DNA from: Candidatus Yonathbacteria bacterium
GTDB taxonomy: Bacteria > Patescibacteriota > Minisyncoccia > Phycocordibacterales > UBA1550
Length of the DNA: 64,000 nt
NCBI GenBank assembly: GCA_003483855.1
Contig: DMXP01000005.1
Coordinates: 29,202 to 93,201, forward strand
Reading direction: 5' to 3'
Shown here: one piece after another, positions 62,211 to 64,000 of the stretch
Numbering within the stretch: the stretch's first letter is position 1
Layout: each line of letters begins with the position of its first letter
Position numbers and translations under genes: made by a program
Notes under the pieces: model-generated
The model's input: the letters and a program-made list of their open reading frames with translations, nothing else
What the model was told of the DNA's origin: nothing
Database searches by the model: none

Positions 62211-62266
62211 ATTCTACATTCGACATTCTACATTCTACATTCTACATTCTACATTCAATATTCTAC
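62211..62266. repeat. Heptamer tandem repeat (ATTCTAC)x8
   Basis: Eight units, two of them variant (ATTCGAC, ATTCAAT). Confidence 0.9.
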
Positions 62267-62273
62267 CCTACCA

Positions 62274-63596
62274 TCATTGCTGTTGATAATCCTGCAGAAT
62301 CTTTGAAAGACTACCGTGCGCCACAGTGAGCGCCTCGTTCATACTGCTACGACCGGAGTTCACGCTCTCAATCATATTCATAAAAATAAGATTTGTTTCC
62401 GCAGATGATGGGTCGTACCAAGCGCGTGAGATGAGAGCGGAGTCATAAAAAACCGATAGTGCAGGGTCCGTTGGTCTAACAGAAATGAGGTCGCGTCGCA
62501 CCGGTGGAAGCTTTAATAGGTCGCTAATTCCAGTAATAACCCTGCTTCCAGAAAGAAGTGTTGTAGCGCGCAATGCCCCTGCTTGATTTTTCCCTGACGC
62601 CACAATTGCCACACCGTACATGCGACCAAACGTGAGTTTCTTTGCTGTCATGCCGACCTGTGGCACTACCGCCACATCAAAGTTTAAGTGTGGATTCATT
62701 TGTTTTATTAATTGATTTTCGCTCGCGTAGCCAAAGTAGAGAGCCAAGTCTCCCGACTGAAACATCGCGCTGGATTGAGGCAATGAGCGATTCCACGAGT
62801 ATGAATCCTTTTCTGGTTTCGAAAACTCTGTGTAAAAACGCATTGCTGTAACTACTGGATTTTCAATGTTTGCAGGACCCTGAATGGTGAGACCGGCTGA
62901 AAGCGAACCATTTTTGCTAATTACAACAGAGCTTCCCGCCTGCATTAAAAGGATAGAGAGGATTTCCTTTACGTTGGTAACATTTCTGTATTCACCGAAT
63001 GGTACGAGACTCTTTAAAATGCCTCCCGTTCTGCTACGAACAGTAATCTTTGGAACTAGATCATAAAATTCTGTCCAGTATTTTGGAGGCGCGGTGAGAA
63101 GCGCATTGGTAAAAATATCGCGGTTCCAATACATCACGATTGGGTCCACAATAAAAGGCAAGGCGACGATGCCTTCAGGACGGAGAAACATCTCCCCTTC
63201 TTCTATAAATGTATTTTTAAAATCACGTTCACGGATTGTTTCGTACGAAATTGGAGCAATCTTATTAAGATTTGCTATTAATTCGTCTTGTGGAAGTATT
63301 ACCATATCGGGGCCCTTGCCACTAGCAAGCGCTTCAACAAAATCCTTCGTAAAATTTTCGGGTCTTTTTTCTACATATTTTATGCTCACACTCCTCTCGT
63401 CACGAAAAATGTTTTCAATGAGTGTTTGCATTATTTCCTTAGGCACACTTCCCCATAGTATCACCTCACCATAATTGATATCTTTTTTACTTGTAGGAAG
63501 TGGGATTTTCCCAGAAAAACCAAGGAACCCGAGTATGAGCAAAACGACAAACACACCTGTGAGAACTATTTGAAAAATTTTTGGTCGCTGTGGCAT
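62274..63596 (-). CDS. Extracellular solute-binding protein (family 1, sugar-type)
   Basis: ALASGKGPD, ALP..VD...YWNRD and F.SG..A motifs; N-terminal anchor. Confidence 0.85.
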   Translation of the reverse strand: MPQRPKIFQIVLTGVFVVLLILGFLGFSGKIPLPTSKKDINYGEVILWGSVPKEIMQTLIENIFRDERSVSIKYVEKRPENFTKDFVEALASGKGPDMVILPQDELIANLNKIAPISYETIRERDFKNTFIEEGEMFLRPEGIVALPFIVDPIVMYWNRDIFTNALLTAPPKYWTEFYDLVPKITVRSRTGGILKSLVPFGEYRNVTNVKEILSILLMQAGSSVVISKNGSLSAGLTIQGPANIENPVVTAMRFYTEFSKPEKDSYSWNRSLPQSSAMFQSGDLALYFGYASENQLIKQMNPHLNFDVAVVPQVGMTAKKLTFGRMYGVAIVASGKNQAGALRATTLLSGSRVITGISDLLKLPPVRRDLISVRPTDPALSVFYDSALISRAWYDPSSAETNLIFMNMIESVNSGRSSMNEALTVAHGSLSKILQDYQQQ

Positions 63597-63611
63597 ATAG
63601 TTAGAATTATA

Positions 63612-64000
63612 TCAGGACTTGAACAATAGCAAACCATAATGGTGCTCGCCGACTGGGACTTCGTTTTTTAGAACAAAACCTTCCGCCTCGCAAAGTGCTA
63701 GAGCAGTGTCCTTTGTCACCACCATTTTCGGCGCTGGGCCCAAGTTGTTGAACGAGTCAGTCCAGTCTATCAGAAAAAGCTTGCCACCGACTTTCAAAAT
63801 ACGACTCGCCTCGCGAAGGAGCCCCGACTTGTCCTCCGCCTGGAAAAGAACGTTAGAGATAATTACCGCATCGCATACTCCGTCTTTTATTTTAGTTCCG
63901 CCGATATTTTCAATATTCCCCCATAGAAGCTCAACATTTTTTAGTCCGCGACGTGTCGCCTCGTCTTTAATATTAGTAAGAAAATCTTTTTGCACCTCCA
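63612..64000 (-). CDS. Class I SAM-dependent methyltransferase (5'-truncated by the window edge)
   Basis: RILKVGGKLFLIDW...GP...HHYGL. Confidence 0.85.
   Translation of the reverse strand, partial: EVQKDFLTNIKDEATRRGLKNVELLWGNIENIGGTKIKDGVCDAVIISNVLFQAEDKSGLLREASRILKVGGKLFLIDWTDSFNNLGPAPKMVVTKDTALALCEAEGFVLKNEVPVGEHHYGLLLFKS

Noticed and set aside
62211-62266. CRISPR array
   Set aside because: Contiguous 7-mers without spacers; no cas genes in the window

Overview
Chromosomal segment of a Candidate Phyla Radiation bacterium (Patescibacteria, Parcubacteria/OD1-like). This is inferred from the compact rpoB, C-terminally truncated AlaRS, DUF5671, a sigma70-r4/HARE-HTH protein and a VirB2-like pilin array; the standard code 11 fits. 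Most of the window is housekeeping: rpoBC, trmD, khpA, alaS, mnmA, mltG, leuS, ychF, the F0F1 atp operon, ddl, ahpC, miaA, rpmG, clpB, sod, iscS, infB, rbfA and nine tRNAs. There are small accessory islands at 6.9-9.9 kb, at 32.9-35.2 kb (inside the atp operon) and at 58.2-60.2 kb. The most striking unexplained signal is non-coding. Five tRNA genes (Ala, Leu-CAA, Trp, Cys, Leu-TAA) are each followed by a 220-400 bp element with a shared hairpin core, an antisense copy of that tRNA's own 3' end (intact, interrupted or largely eroded depending on the copy) and a terminal direct repeat of the same 3' end; tRNA-Tyr keeps only the antisense arm, with G-U-compatible changes. Other notable signals: an orphan MazF facing a promoter-driven structured antisense RNA, a second DnaA-box/promoter/UUCG-hairpin module, a 6S-like RNA candidate, several nested REP/MITE families (some in frame within genes), widespread leaderless genes and a frameshifted SLOG gene. 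All calls are by eye; no database search was run.
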